NCBI GenBank assembly: GCA_036769985.1
Contig: DAIPKA010000004.1
Span: 161,096 to 225,095 of the forward strand
Source of the DNA: Candidatus Hydrogenedentota bacterium
GTDB taxonomy: Bacteria; Hydrogenedentota; Hydrogenedentia; Hydrogenedentales; SLHB01
Length of the DNA stretch: 64,000 nucleotides
Direction of reading: 5' to 3'
In this document: positions 37,929-46,648 of the stretch, piece after piece
How positions within the stretch are numbered: position 1 is the first letter of the stretch
Layout: the number at the start of each line of letters is the position of its first letter
Made by a program: the position numbers and the translations under genes
Notes under the pieces: model-generated
Database searches by the model: none
Seen by the model: only the letters and a program-made list of their open reading frames with translations
What the model was told of the DNA's origin: nothing

Positions 37929-39164
37929 ATGAACAAATCGAGAACACTCGGAATCCTCGTGATCTGTTTCGCCGTTGCCGGCGCATCGGGCGAGACGTTC
38001 ACCAAGCACAAACGCTGGTTTCAGGTCGGGCTGAATCCCGCCGCGATTATTGCGGCGGACCTCAACGGCGACGAGATGCCCGAGATCGTCACCGCCGATA
38101 TCGGCACGCTCACGAATCCGCGCGACGAACGCCCCGCTCATGACCAACTCTCGCTCTTGGTCGCGCGCGGCGATCTCGAATTCGAGCCGCAGCCTCAGCT
38201 CCAGACGGACTTCGCCCCGTACTGCATCGCCGTCGCCAATGTCGACGCGCTCAAGGCGCCGGATCTCGTCGTCGGCAGTTTCCACGCGGTACGGCGGCGG
38301 AACATCTCGCTCTTCCGCAACCTGCGCGAGGACCTGTTCGAACCGGTGCACTTCGCTATCCCCCCAGATCGCGTGCTGCCGTACAAACGCATGCGCGATG
38401 GCGACGACGCGCCCATCTTCACGACGCCAGGTATCACGTCGCTGGTCGTTCGCGACTTCAACGGAGATGCCTTGCGCGACGTGCTAGCAACGGGCTGGTC
38501 CAGCGACGTCCTCATCTTTGTGCCCGGCGAGGCCGAGACCTATTTCGGCGCACCCGTGTTCATCGACGCCGATGGCGGCCCGCGCGACGTGAAGGCCGCC
38601 GATTTTGACAACGACGGGTTCGACGATCTCGCCGTCTCGCTGTACGCCGCCGGCGAAGTCGGGCTCTGGCAAGGCGACGGAAAAGGCGGCTTCGCGCCGG
38701 CCGCGCATTTCGATTCGCGCGGACACCTACCGCACAAGATCCAAGTCGCCGATATCAACGGCGACAAGCAGATCGACCTCGCGGTCTCACATTGCGACAC
38801 GGACGACTCGGTGGTGATCTTCTACGGCGACGGCGGCTTCCGCTTCGGTGTATCGCAGGAGATCATACTCGGACCGGATCGCGATATCCTCGAACACGAG
38901 ATTCGCGATATGCTCGTCACCGACGTCAACGGCGACGACAAGCCGGACATCATCGCCGCATGCTTCGCATCGAGTCAGGTGGTTGTGCTCTTAAACGAAT
39001 CGGCCGACGAGCGCCTGCCGCAGCGGTTTCGGCAGGAGTCATACACGTACAAGGAGGCCCGGCCGAGAAGCCTCTGTGCCGCCGACATGGACGGCAACGG
39101 GACGCTGGATCTCGCGGTCACGCTGTGGGATGCCAACTGCGTGAGTCTGCTCTTGGCCAAGTGA
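37929..39164 (+). CDS. Secreted FG-GAP/VCBS repeat beta-propeller protein.
   Basis: Signal peptide, then six or more calcium-binding-loop repeats of the ADxNGDxxxDxxV type (ADLNGDEMPEIV, DFNGDALRDVLA, ADFDNDGFDDLAV, ADINGDKQIDLAV, TDVNGDDKPDIIA, ADMDGNGTLDLAV). Confidence 0.8.
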   Translation: MNKSRTLGILVICFAVAGASGETFTKHKRWFQVGLNPAAIIAADLNGDEMPEIVTADIGTLTNPRDERPAHDQLSLLVARGDLEFEPQPQLQTDFAPYCIAVANVDALKAPDLVVGSFHAVRRRNISLFRNLREDLFEPVHFAIPPDRVLPYKRMRDGDDAPIFTTPGITSLVVRDFNGDALRDVLATGWSSDVLIFVPGEAETYFGAPVFIDADGGPRDVKAADFDNDGFDDLAVSLYAAGEVGLWQGDGKGGFAPAAHFDSRGHLPHKIQVADINGDKQIDLAVSHCDTDDSVVIFYGDGGFRFGVSQEIILGPDRDILEHEIRDMLVTDVNGDDKPDIIAACFASSQVVVLLNESADERLPQRFRQESYTYKEARPRSLCAADMDGNGTLDLAVTLWDANCVSLLLAK

Positions 39165-39211
39165 CGCAGGGGCCTCGCGGCCGACGCGTGCTGAGGCACA
39201 GCGCCTGGCAC

Positions 39212-40285
39212 CTAACCGTCGATGGGCAAACGAATCTCGAAACAAGCCCCCCCCTCAGCACGGTTCGAGTAGGAAGCGGTGCCGCCGTGGGCGGCGACGA
39301 GGCGCTTGACAATGGCCAGCCCCAGGCCGGTGCCGCCCGCCTTCATGGAGAAGAAGGGCTTGAACAGGTCTTGTCCCGGCCCGAGCTTGATGCCTGGCCC
39401 GTTGTCGAGGACGTCAAACACGACGGCGTCCGCGTCGCGGCGGACATGCACGCACACCTCGCCTCCCTCGCCGACGGCGTCGACGGCATTGTCAATGAGA
39501 TTGGCCAAGGCCTGCCCGATCCGATCCGCATCCGCGCGCAGTTCGATCGCCTCGGCAACGCCTTCCTGAGTCAGGCGGACCCCCTTCTTCGCCGCCTTCC
39601 GTTCACAAAGCAGCAGCGCCCTGGCCAGCACCTGGCTGGCCGAGCACGGCGCCGGCCTCAGATCAAACGGTCGCGCGAACCCGAGGAATCGATCAACCGT
39701 GCGATTGAGGTCCATCACCTCGCGGATAATGGTCTCCGCCTTGGCGCGGCGGGAATCGCCGGGCTCCATATCCCTAAGGATCGTCTCGGCGGCGCCGCTC
39801 ACCACCATCAACGGGTTACGCAGCTCGTGTACCACCGCGCCGACCATTTCGCCCACCTCGGCCAACTGCCGGTGCGTCTCGGCCTCGCGCTCGAGCCGCC
39901 GTAGTTCCGTGAGATCCGTGAACAGAAGAATGGCACCCTCGAACACCACCGGCCCACCGAGGAGCGATGCCGATACGCCGAGCACACGGCCAGGGCCATC
40001 CGCTTCCTCGAGCACAACCTCGCGCCGCGAGACCGACTCGCGGCGGCTCATCACCTCCTTGACCACGTCACCGAAGGCCCCGAGGCCCGCGATGTCCTCC
40101 ATGCGTTCGCCCACGCTCAGCGCGCACTCGTCGAGACCCAAGTAGCGGCGGGCGGCCGGGTTCGCCAACATGACAACACCGTCGGCGTCCAAGACGACCA
40201 CGCCGCTGCCAAGGCTGTTGACAACGTGACTGTAGTAGTCGTTACCCGGCCTCGGGGACGACGCCGACGATTCCTGTTTCATCAT
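39212..40285 (-). CDS. Cytoplasmic PAS-domain sensor histidine kinase.
   Basis: The PAS domain is followed by HisKA (HELRNPL) and HATPase_c (NLIDNAVDA, DNGPGI, GGTGLGLAIV). There is no TM segment. It starts 3 nt after the rsmA stop. Confidence 0.88.
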   Translation of the reverse strand: MMKQESSASSPRPGNDYYSHVVNSLGSGVVVLDADGVVMLANPAARRYLGLDECALSVGERMEDIAGLGAFGDVVKEVMSRRESVSRREVVLEEADGPGRVLGVSASLLGGPVVFEGAILLFTDLTELRRLEREAETHRQLAEVGEMVGAVVHELRNPLMVVSGAAETILRDMEPGDSRRAKAETIIREVMDLNRTVDRFLGFARPFDLRPAPCSASQVLARALLLCERKAAKKGVRLTQEGVAEAIELRADADRIGQALANLIDNAVDAVGEGGEVCVHVRRDADAVVFDVLDNGPGIKLGPGQDLFKPFFSMKAGGTGLGLAIVKRLVAAHGGTASYSNRAEGGACFEIRLPIDG

Positions 40286-40288
40286 CGA

Positions 40289-41194
40289 TCATCCTCCATC
40301 GCCGCGTTGCAGACGATCCCTCTTGTCATCACACCTAGATCGACGTTGGTGCGCCAACCTTCGCGCCAGCGCCGCGAACTCGGCCAGACTCAGCGTCTGC
40401 GGGCGCCGCGCCGCCTCGATACCCGCCTCGCCAAGCGCCTCGTCGACGGCCGCCGCATCGAGGCCGAGCGCGCCCGAGCGCGTCAGCGCGTTGCGCAAGG
40501 TCTTGCGACGCTGTGAAAAGGCCGTGCGAACCACCTGGAACAAGAAACCGCTCTCCACATCGCCGTACAGCGGCTCGCTACGCATCCGAAGCCGCACGAT
40601 GCAACTGTCCACCTCCGGCCTCGGCGCGAAACACGTGCGCGGCACCTTGTGCACCATGTCGACCTCCGCGTAGAACTCCATGGCCAGCGCCAACACACCG
40701 TACTCGCGCGATCCGACAGAGGCCGTCATCCGCAGGCCAACCTCTTCCTGCACCATGACCACCATCCGCGAGAAACGCACCGAAGACTCGAGGAAATGGA
40801 ACAGCACCGGCGTCGTGATGTAATAGGGCAAATTCGAGATCATTTTGTACGACGCCGCGCCGGGAATGAACTCCTCGATCAGTTTGCCCACCTCGTGGTT
40901 CAGGACATCGCCCCGAAACAGACGGACATGCTCCATATCGCCGAACTGGTCTTCGAGACACGGCATGAACGACCTATCGATCTCCACGGCCAGCACCCGG
41001 CCCGCCTGCCGGCACAGGCGCTCCGTCAACGCGCCCAGGCCCGCGCCCACCTCCACCACGGCATCGTCGGACGTTAGCGCCGCCGCCTCCACCATGATCC
41101 GGTTGATGTTGTCGTCCAGGAGAAGGTTCTGGCCAAGGCCCTTCTTGAACTGGATGCCATACTGGGCCACAAGATCTTTAAGGTGCGTGCTCAT
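40289..41194 (-). CDS. rsmA: 16S rRNA (adenine1518/1519-N6)-dimethyltransferase.
   Basis: KKGLGQNLLLDDNI, the SAM-binding VVEVGAGLGALT, and NLPYYITTP are all present. The track ORF extends to 41236. Confidence 0.9.
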   Translation of the reverse strand: MSTHLKDLVAQYGIQFKKGLGQNLLLDDNINRIMVEAAALTSDDAVVEVGAGLGALTERLCRQAGRVLAVEIDRSFMPCLEDQFGDMEHVRLFRGDVLNHEVGKLIEEFIPGAASYKMISNLPYYITTPVLFHFLESSVRFSRMVVMVQEEVGLRMTASVGSREYGVLALAMEFYAEVDMVHKVPRTCFAPRPEVDSCIVRLRMRSEPLYGDVESGFLFQVVRTAFSQRRKTLRNALTRSGALGLDAAAVDEALGEAGIEAARRPQTLSLAEFAALARRLAHQRRSRCDDKRDRLQRGDGG

Positions 41195-41327
41195 ACGCCG
41201 CCTGCCTGCTACTCGGGTACCGTCCGTGCGCCACAATATAGAATGCGCTTGGGGCGATCAAACCGGCGTAGCATCGCATTGACCGCCCGGGGGCTGCCTG
41301 ATATCATCGCGCCAGGAGCGTATGCGT

Positions 41328-42962
41328 ATGGTGGAGTTGGTGATCGAGCAGCCGGGCGAGCCGTCGCGGACGATTCCGCTGATGGGCGCCGACATGCAGT
41401 TCGGCCGCGCCGCCGACAACGATGTCGTCCTCGTGGCCGAGGAAGTGTCGCGCCACCACGCCAGGATCTGCCGCCGAGGCGACGCCGTTGTCGTGATCGA
41501 TCTCAAGAGTCTCAATGGCGTCTTTGTGAACGGTCAGCGCGTCGCCGAGCGCGTCCTCACCGACGGCGACGAAGTCTGGTTCGGCGGGAAGTGCCGCGTG
41601 ATCTTCCGTGATGAGCGAGTGCGCGGTCATGCGCGTCCCCGCAAACATGAACGCCCCTCGACGCTCCAAGACAATCTTGACCAGATCCGGGCGAAGATGG
41701 ACGAAGTGGGGAGCCATCTCACCATGATGGGCACGCAGTTGGTCGACGGCCAGACGCCGGCCGGCTGGAAGGCCAGTCCTCAGGAACTCATGGATATCAG
41801 CCGGGCCTTCCGGCGACTCGAGGCCTTGTACCGCGTGAGCCAGCTCTTCGCATCCGAGTTCGATTTGAGGAAGCGACTCTCCGCGGTGTTGGACACCGTG
41901 ATGGAAGTCCTCGGCGCCGAGCGGGGCTTCGTCATGGTCCGCGACGAAACGACAGGCGCCCTCGAGGTCATCGTCGCGCGGGGCATGGGCAAGGCCCTGG
42001 AGTCCGAGACCCCGAGCATGGGTATCGCGCGAAGCTCCGCCGAAACCGGCGAGCCGGTGCTGATGATGGACGCGGATTCCGACGAGGCTTTCGGGGCGAG
42101 GGAAAGCGTGATCGTCCAGAACATCGTGAGCGCCATGTCGGTTCCGCTCAAGATCGAGGGCCGCGTACTCGGCGCGACGTATGTCGACAGCCGCCGACCC
42201 GGTTTCGCGTTCGACGACGCCGATCTCGAGCTCTTCGCATCGCTGGCTCTCCAATCGGCCATGGCCGTCGAGAACGTCCAGCTCCACCAGCGAATGGTCG
42301 CCGCCGAGCGCAAACGCGCCAACCTCGGCCGCTTCCTATCGCCCGCGATCGTCGACGAGATCATGAAACGAGACTCGACGCTCGAGCTCGGCGGATGGAA
42401 GCGCGTTGTTACCACGTTGTTCTGCGACATTCGCGGATTCACACCGATGACCGAACGGATGGCGCCGGCCGACATCGTCCAACTGCTCAACGAGCATTTC
42501 ACGGCAATGACCGAAATCGTCTTCGAGCATAAGGGCACCCTGGACAAGTACATCGGCGATGAGATCATGGCCGTCTTCGGCGCGCCGCTCTCGGCCGTCG
42601 ACGACGCGGAACGCGCCGTGCGCGCGGCCCTTGCGATTCAAGCGCGAAACACGGCCTTGAATGAGAAACGCCGAAGCAAGGGCCAACCCGAGATCGCCCT
42701 CGGCATCGGCATGGACACCGGCGAAGTCATCGCCGGCTACGTCGGCTCGCCTCAGCGCATGGAATTCACCGTTGTCGGCGACCACGTGAACACGGCCCAC
42801 CGGCTCTGCGACCTCGCGGCCCCCGGTCAGATCCTTATTGGCAAGCCAACCTATGAAGGTATTCAGGACGCCGTGCGCGCCAATTCCATCGGGCCCGTCA
42901 TGCTCGAAGGCAAGCAGAACGCCGTCGAAGCCTTTGAGATCTTCCCCCTCGAAACCGCGTAG
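41328..42962 (+). CDS. FHA - GAF - class III adenylate/guanylate cyclase multidomain signalling protein.
   Basis: The N-terminal FHA domain (MQFGRAADNDVVL...SRHHARI...NGVFVNGQRV), the central GAF domain and the C-terminal cyclase domain (LFCDIRGFTPMTE...YIGDEIMAVFGAP...VVGDHVNTAHRL) are all present. Confidence 0.85.
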   Translation: MVELVIEQPGEPSRTIPLMGADMQFGRAADNDVVLVAEEVSRHHARICRRGDAVVVIDLKSLNGVFVNGQRVAERVLTDGDEVWFGGKCRVIFRDERVRGHARPRKHERPSTLQDNLDQIRAKMDEVGSHLTMMGTQLVDGQTPAGWKASPQELMDISRAFRRLEALYRVSQLFASEFDLRKRLSAVLDTVMEVLGAERGFVMVRDETTGALEVIVARGMGKALESETPSMGIARSSAETGEPVLMMDADSDEAFGARESVIVQNIVSAMSVPLKIEGRVLGATYVDSRRPGFAFDDADLELFASLALQSAMAVENVQLHQRMVAAERKRANLGRFLSPAIVDEIMKRDSTLELGGWKRVVTTLFCDIRGFTPMTERMAPADIVQLLNEHFTAMTEIVFEHKGTLDKYIGDEIMAVFGAPLSAVDDAERAVRAALAIQARNTALNEKRRSKGQPEIALGIGMDTGEVIAGYVGSPQRMEFTVVGDHVNTAHRLCDLAAPGQILIGKPTYEGIQDAVRANSIGPVMLEGKQNAVEAFEIFPLETA

Positions 42963-42981
42963 TTTCTCTCATCCGCCGCGC

Positions 42982-43560
42982 TCAGTCGAACAGGAGCCAC
43001 TTGGCCGTCACGCCAAGCAGCGCCAGCGCCGCTACCACAATCGCCACGTGCTTGCCCCAACGCCGGACAAAGCCGGGCGCTTCCGGCGCCGGTTCGGACA
43101 CGGACGGTCCGCCCGAAGCCACCGGTTCCGGCTCGGCCGCTGACGCATCGGAAGCCTCGGTGGTGGCCTCGGCTTCCGCCGCATCCGCGAGCCGCGCCAT
43201 CTCACGCGCCTTCCGCGCCCACTCGACTTCCTCGGCCCGGTAGTATCCTTCACCCACCCGATTGAGCCCAACCGCCGCGGCCTGTTCCGCCAGACGCCGC
43301 TCACGCGCCCCGGACCACTCGCGCTCGAGCGTGGCCTTGGCGGGATTCACGCGCTTGACCACGGGCTGCGGCGACCACGGCATGTCCAACGTAACGCGGG
43401 CGATCGTTCCGCGTTCCCAGTCCTTCTCGTCGACGAAGCCGTAGATTTTCTCCCCGGTGTCGTTCAACGTGATGACATACACCGGCTCTTCCGGCGCGGC
43501 CAAGGGGTCCTCCGTCTGAGCCAACACATAGCCGATCACGCTCATCAGTAGTGCGTTCAT
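42982..43560 (-). CDS. Hypothetical membrane-anchored protein (N-terminal signal/TM segment, acidic low-complexity middle, C-terminal TM segment).
   Basis: Hydrophobic N- and C-termini. I recognise no conserved motif. Confidence 0.5.
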   Translation of the reverse strand: MNALLMSVIGYVLAQTEDPLAAPEEPVYVITLNDTGEKIYGFVDEKDWERGTIARVTLDMPWSPQPVVKRVNPAKATLEREWSGARERRLAEQAAAVGLNRVGEGYYRAEEVEWARKAREMARLADAAEAEATTEASDASAAEPEPVASGGPSVSEPAPEAPGFVRRWGKHVAIVVAALALLGVTAKWLLFD

Positions 43561-43584
43561 AGCAACATTATAGGCCGCCTCCGC

Positions 43585-44469
43585 CTAGGCATCAACGTCC
43601 CGGGCCAGGCAACCTCTGATCAGATTGCGCTTCGAGAAGTGCCCGCCCGTCACCCAGAACACGCCATCCTCACGACCGAGGAGTCGCCGCGTAATAGCCC
43701 GAGACGACAGTCCCGCCCTTTCAAGATCGCGAGCCCTTTCACGAAGACCCTGTAAGCATTCGAGCTTTTCCGCAAGGGCCGCCTTGCCGTCAGTCACCAC
43801 GCCGCGATGGGCACAGAAGAGCGTCCGGAAGTCGTAGGCGAGGATAGCGCCAAGGCTGCGGACGATCTCGCTGAAGCATTCATCCGCGCGAAGATAGCGG
43901 GGGGCGGTAGCAATATACAGATCGCCCGAGAACAGCCAGCCGCGTGCCGGCTCAATCAGGCAGGCCATATCCCTCGCGTGGCCTTGAACGAAGATGGGCC
44001 GCAGCGTCATTTCCCGGCCGATGCGGATCTCGCTGGGCATGGCCTCGGTGTCAACGGGCTGGGCTGTGCCCCAAAACACGCGTCGGTACAAGTGCATCGG
44101 AAAGCCGTGCCGCAGCCAGTCGCGTTCGGACTCCGGCGCGAATACCGTACACCCATATCGCCGCCGGATTCTGGCGGCATTGCCGCTGTGGTCCTCGTGG
44201 TAGTGCGTCAACACCAGACGTGCCGGCGGCCGCTCATCGAGAAGGCGCCTAACCGCCCCCCACTGGTTCGCCGGTCCCGTGTCGATCAGCACATCGCCGA
44301 TGCGATACAGGATCGCGCTTGTGTTGATCCCGATCCGAAACCGCCCAACGCGGATGCCCTCGACGCCCTCGTATTCGAACCGCTGGAAGACACCCATCCG
44401 CGCGCCGCGCCTCCACTCATGTCGTGTTCCCACGCCATGAGCATATCCGATGCGACCGCCCCCACCCAA
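43585..44469 (-). CDS. MBL-fold metallo-hydrolase.
   Basis: LTHYHEDHSGN is the HxHxDH motif. The start is uncertain; an internal Met at about 44397 is possible. Confidence 0.8.
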   Translation of the reverse strand: MGGGGRIGYAHGVGTRHEWRRGARMGVFQRFEYEGVEGIRVGRFRIGINTSAILYRIGDVLIDTGPANQWGAVRRLLDERPPARLVLTHYHEDHSGNAARIRRRYGCTVFAPESERDWLRHGFPMHLYRRVFWGTAQPVDTEAMPSEIRIGREMTLRPIFVQGHARDMACLIEPARGWLFSGDLYIATAPRYLRADECFSEIVRSLGAILAYDFRTLFCAHRGVVTDGKAALAEKLECLQGLRERARDLERAGLSSRAITRRLLGREDGVFWVTGGHFSKRNLIRGCLARDVDA

Positions 44470-44542
44470 CCGGATATCGTGCGCGTGCGCCGGAACGCAG
44501 GTATAATGCCGCTACTCTGCTCGACACCCCGAGGAACTCGAC

Positions 44543-45382
44543 ATGAAACAGGCAACAGCCACAGCCCTCGGCATCGCACTGGCCGCGCTCGTTGCGCACA
44601 TCGCGGGCGCCGGCGAACCGGAACGTGTCATCGGGTTGCTGGGCGCCTTCGACACCGAGGTGGAACTCCTTGATGCCGCCATGACAAACAAGGAGACCGT
44701 CGATGTCCTCGGCATCCGCTTCACCACCGGCATCCTCAAGGGCCAGCGCGTCGTATTGGCCGAAAGCGGCGTGGGCAAAGTGAATGCAGCCATGACTGCA
44801 ACGGCTTTGATCGATCGGTTCCGGCCGGCCGCCGTCATCTTCTCCGGCATCGCCGGCGGACTCCATCCGGAACTACGCCCGGGCGACATCATTATTGCCG
44901 AAAAAGCCGCCCAGCACGACTACGGCTCGACCGAGGCGGGAGGATTCCGGCGCAAAGGCATTCCGGATCCCGTCAGCGGCAAGCGGAATCCACTGTTCTT
45001 CCTCTCGGATCCGGCACTCGTGGCCTCGGCCGAGGCCGCCGCGGGCGCCCTATCCCTTGTCCCCGTACCCGGCGCAGAAGGTGGCCGCGTCCCTCGGATC
45101 GTGAAGGGCGTCGTCGTAACGGGCGACGTGTTTGTCGCTACCACAGCCAAACGACACGAACTGCGCACGGAACTCGACGCGGATGCGGTCGAGATGGAGG
45201 GCGGGGCCGTCGCCCAAGTCTGCCACCAACTCGGGGTGCCCTTCCTGCTGATCCGGAGCCTCAGCGACAACGCCGACGAGACCGCACACATCGACCTCGA
45301 GCGTTTCTATCGGGTGGCTGCCGAGAACTCGGCCCGCCTCGTGATCCAGACGATCCAGGCATACGATGTGGCCGTTCGCTGA
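44543..45382 (+). CDS. MTA/SAH nucleosidase family (PNP_UDP_1) protein with an N-terminal signal-peptide-like segment.
   Basis: VIGLLGAFDTEVE, IFSGIAGGL, VEMEGGAVAQVC and RSLSDNAD are MtnN/Pfs-family motifs. The N-terminal MKQATATALGIALAALVAHIAG is hydrophobic. Confidence 0.75.
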   Translation: MKQATATALGIALAALVAHIAGAGEPERVIGLLGAFDTEVELLDAAMTNKETVDVLGIRFTTGILKGQRVVLAESGVGKVNAAMTATALIDRFRPAAVIFSGIAGGLHPELRPGDIIIAEKAAQHDYGSTEAGGFRRKGIPDPVSGKRNPLFFLSDPALVASAEAAAGALSLVPVPGAEGGRVPRIVKGVVVTGDVFVATTAKRHELRTELDADAVEMEGGAVAQVCHQLGVPFLLIRSLSDNADETAHIDLERFYRVAAENSARLVIQTIQAYDVAVR

Positions 45383-45393
45383 AGCCGCCCGAC

Positions 45394-46641
45394 TTAGTCG
45401 ACTACCACGTTCCGAGTGCTGACCATCAGACCGCGCTCATCTTGCAGGTTGAAGAAATATGCCCGCGTCCCGCCCGGAATGGCCGCGGTGATTTCGCCAG
45501 CCGCGGCGTCAATGGCCGCCGACGTCGTCTGCCAGGGGCACTTCGTCCAATCCGCGATATCCCCTGCATGGACGAGGACGGCCTCGACGATCGGCGTTGT
45601 CGCCTCGAACTGCACCCAGGCCATGCCATCGCGGGTTCCCTGACCGCGAATGCAGGCCAATGAGGAGCTCCCTTTGAGTTGGCTGTCGGCGTAGGCGTAG
45701 ATCTCCTCCGGCGCCCAGCCATGGACGTGGCTGTGCGGCATGCCGACGTGGACCGAGAGCGTGCGCGGCCCGCGAACAAGATCCGAGGATCGCGCATGAA
45801 GATCGAGCGGCGAAAAGAAGTCGTTGCTGCCGGTGATCCACAGCGTGGGCATCGTCGTATGGACTAGATAGCCCGACGGATCCCACAACGAAACCCATTT
45901 CGCTGCCCGTTCAGGTCCCATCTTGGCACGTTCGCCCGCGAGACTCGAACTCTGGTCGTGGTAGCCGCAGCCATACACCGGAACGGCGAAGCGGAACCGC
46001 GTATCCACCGCCGACACGATGCAGGTGAGAAACCCGCCCCACGAGATACCGGTCAGGCCGATGCGAGCCGCGTCCACTTCCGGCAGCGAACGCAATAGCG
46101 AATGGGCCAGCGCAACATCCGCAACGGCGTGGTACAGCCATTGATCCTCGACGGGACGGTCGATGTCCTCATCGAAAGAAACATGGCCGGGGCCGCCCCA
46201 CTCGTGCCGCGGCCGTTCCCCGGGCTTGCCGCCCGGCCGCGTGCCGGTGAGGTCCATTGCGATGGCCGCGTAGCCGCGTCGATTCCAGACCCGTACCCAT
46301 TCATCGAAGGCCGTACCGCCGCCACCGTGCACCAACACCATGCCCGGCACCTTGCCGTCACCGGTTTCCGGCAAACCGAGCCACGCGAAGACACGCGTCG
46401 GATTGCCTTGCCAGGGCAAGCCCGCATAGAAGAGCGCCTTGACGCCCTCGCCGGTCGAGCGCACCTCGGGATTGGCGTTGGGATCTCCTTCACAATAAAC
46501 TGGCGCATCGAACCTCGGCGGCGCGGTGTAGAGCTTGTCCATATCCCACGACACCGGCAACGCGCCCTCGGCGGCTACCGAGGCCACGCCGAAAGCCAGC
46601 CATGCCACGCTCACAGTCAACAAGTTCTTGCCCACAACCAT
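45394..46641 (-). CDS. Secreted alpha/beta-hydrolase (S9/dienelactone-hydrolase/acetyl-xylan-esterase-like).
   Basis: Signal peptide MVVGKNLLTVSVAWLAFGVASVAA. Nucleophile elbow GISWGG; LVHGGGG. A GAGGAG RBS precedes the start, which lies 8 nt after the upstream TPR gene stop. The N-terminal 132 aa of the track ORF are spurious. Confidence 0.75.
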   Translation of the reverse strand: MVVGKNLLTVSVAWLAFGVASVAAEGALPVSWDMDKLYTAPPRFDAPVYCEGDPNANPEVRSTGEGVKALFYAGLPWQGNPTRVFAWLGLPETGDGKVPGMVLVHGGGGTAFDEWVRVWNRRGYAAIAMDLTGTRPGGKPGERPRHEWGGPGHVSFDEDIDRPVEDQWLYHAVADVALAHSLLRSLPEVDAARIGLTGISWGGFLTCIVSAVDTRFRFAVPVYGCGYHDQSSSLAGERAKMGPERAAKWVSLWDPSGYLVHTTMPTLWITGSNDFFSPLDLHARSSDLVRGPRTLSVHVGMPHSHVHGWAPEEIYAYADSQLKGSSSLACIRGQGTRDGMAWVQFEATTPIVEAVLVHAGDIADWTKCPWQTTSAAIDAAAGEITAAIPGGTRAYFFNLQDERGLMVSTRNVVVD

Positions 46642-46648
46642 GCTCCTC

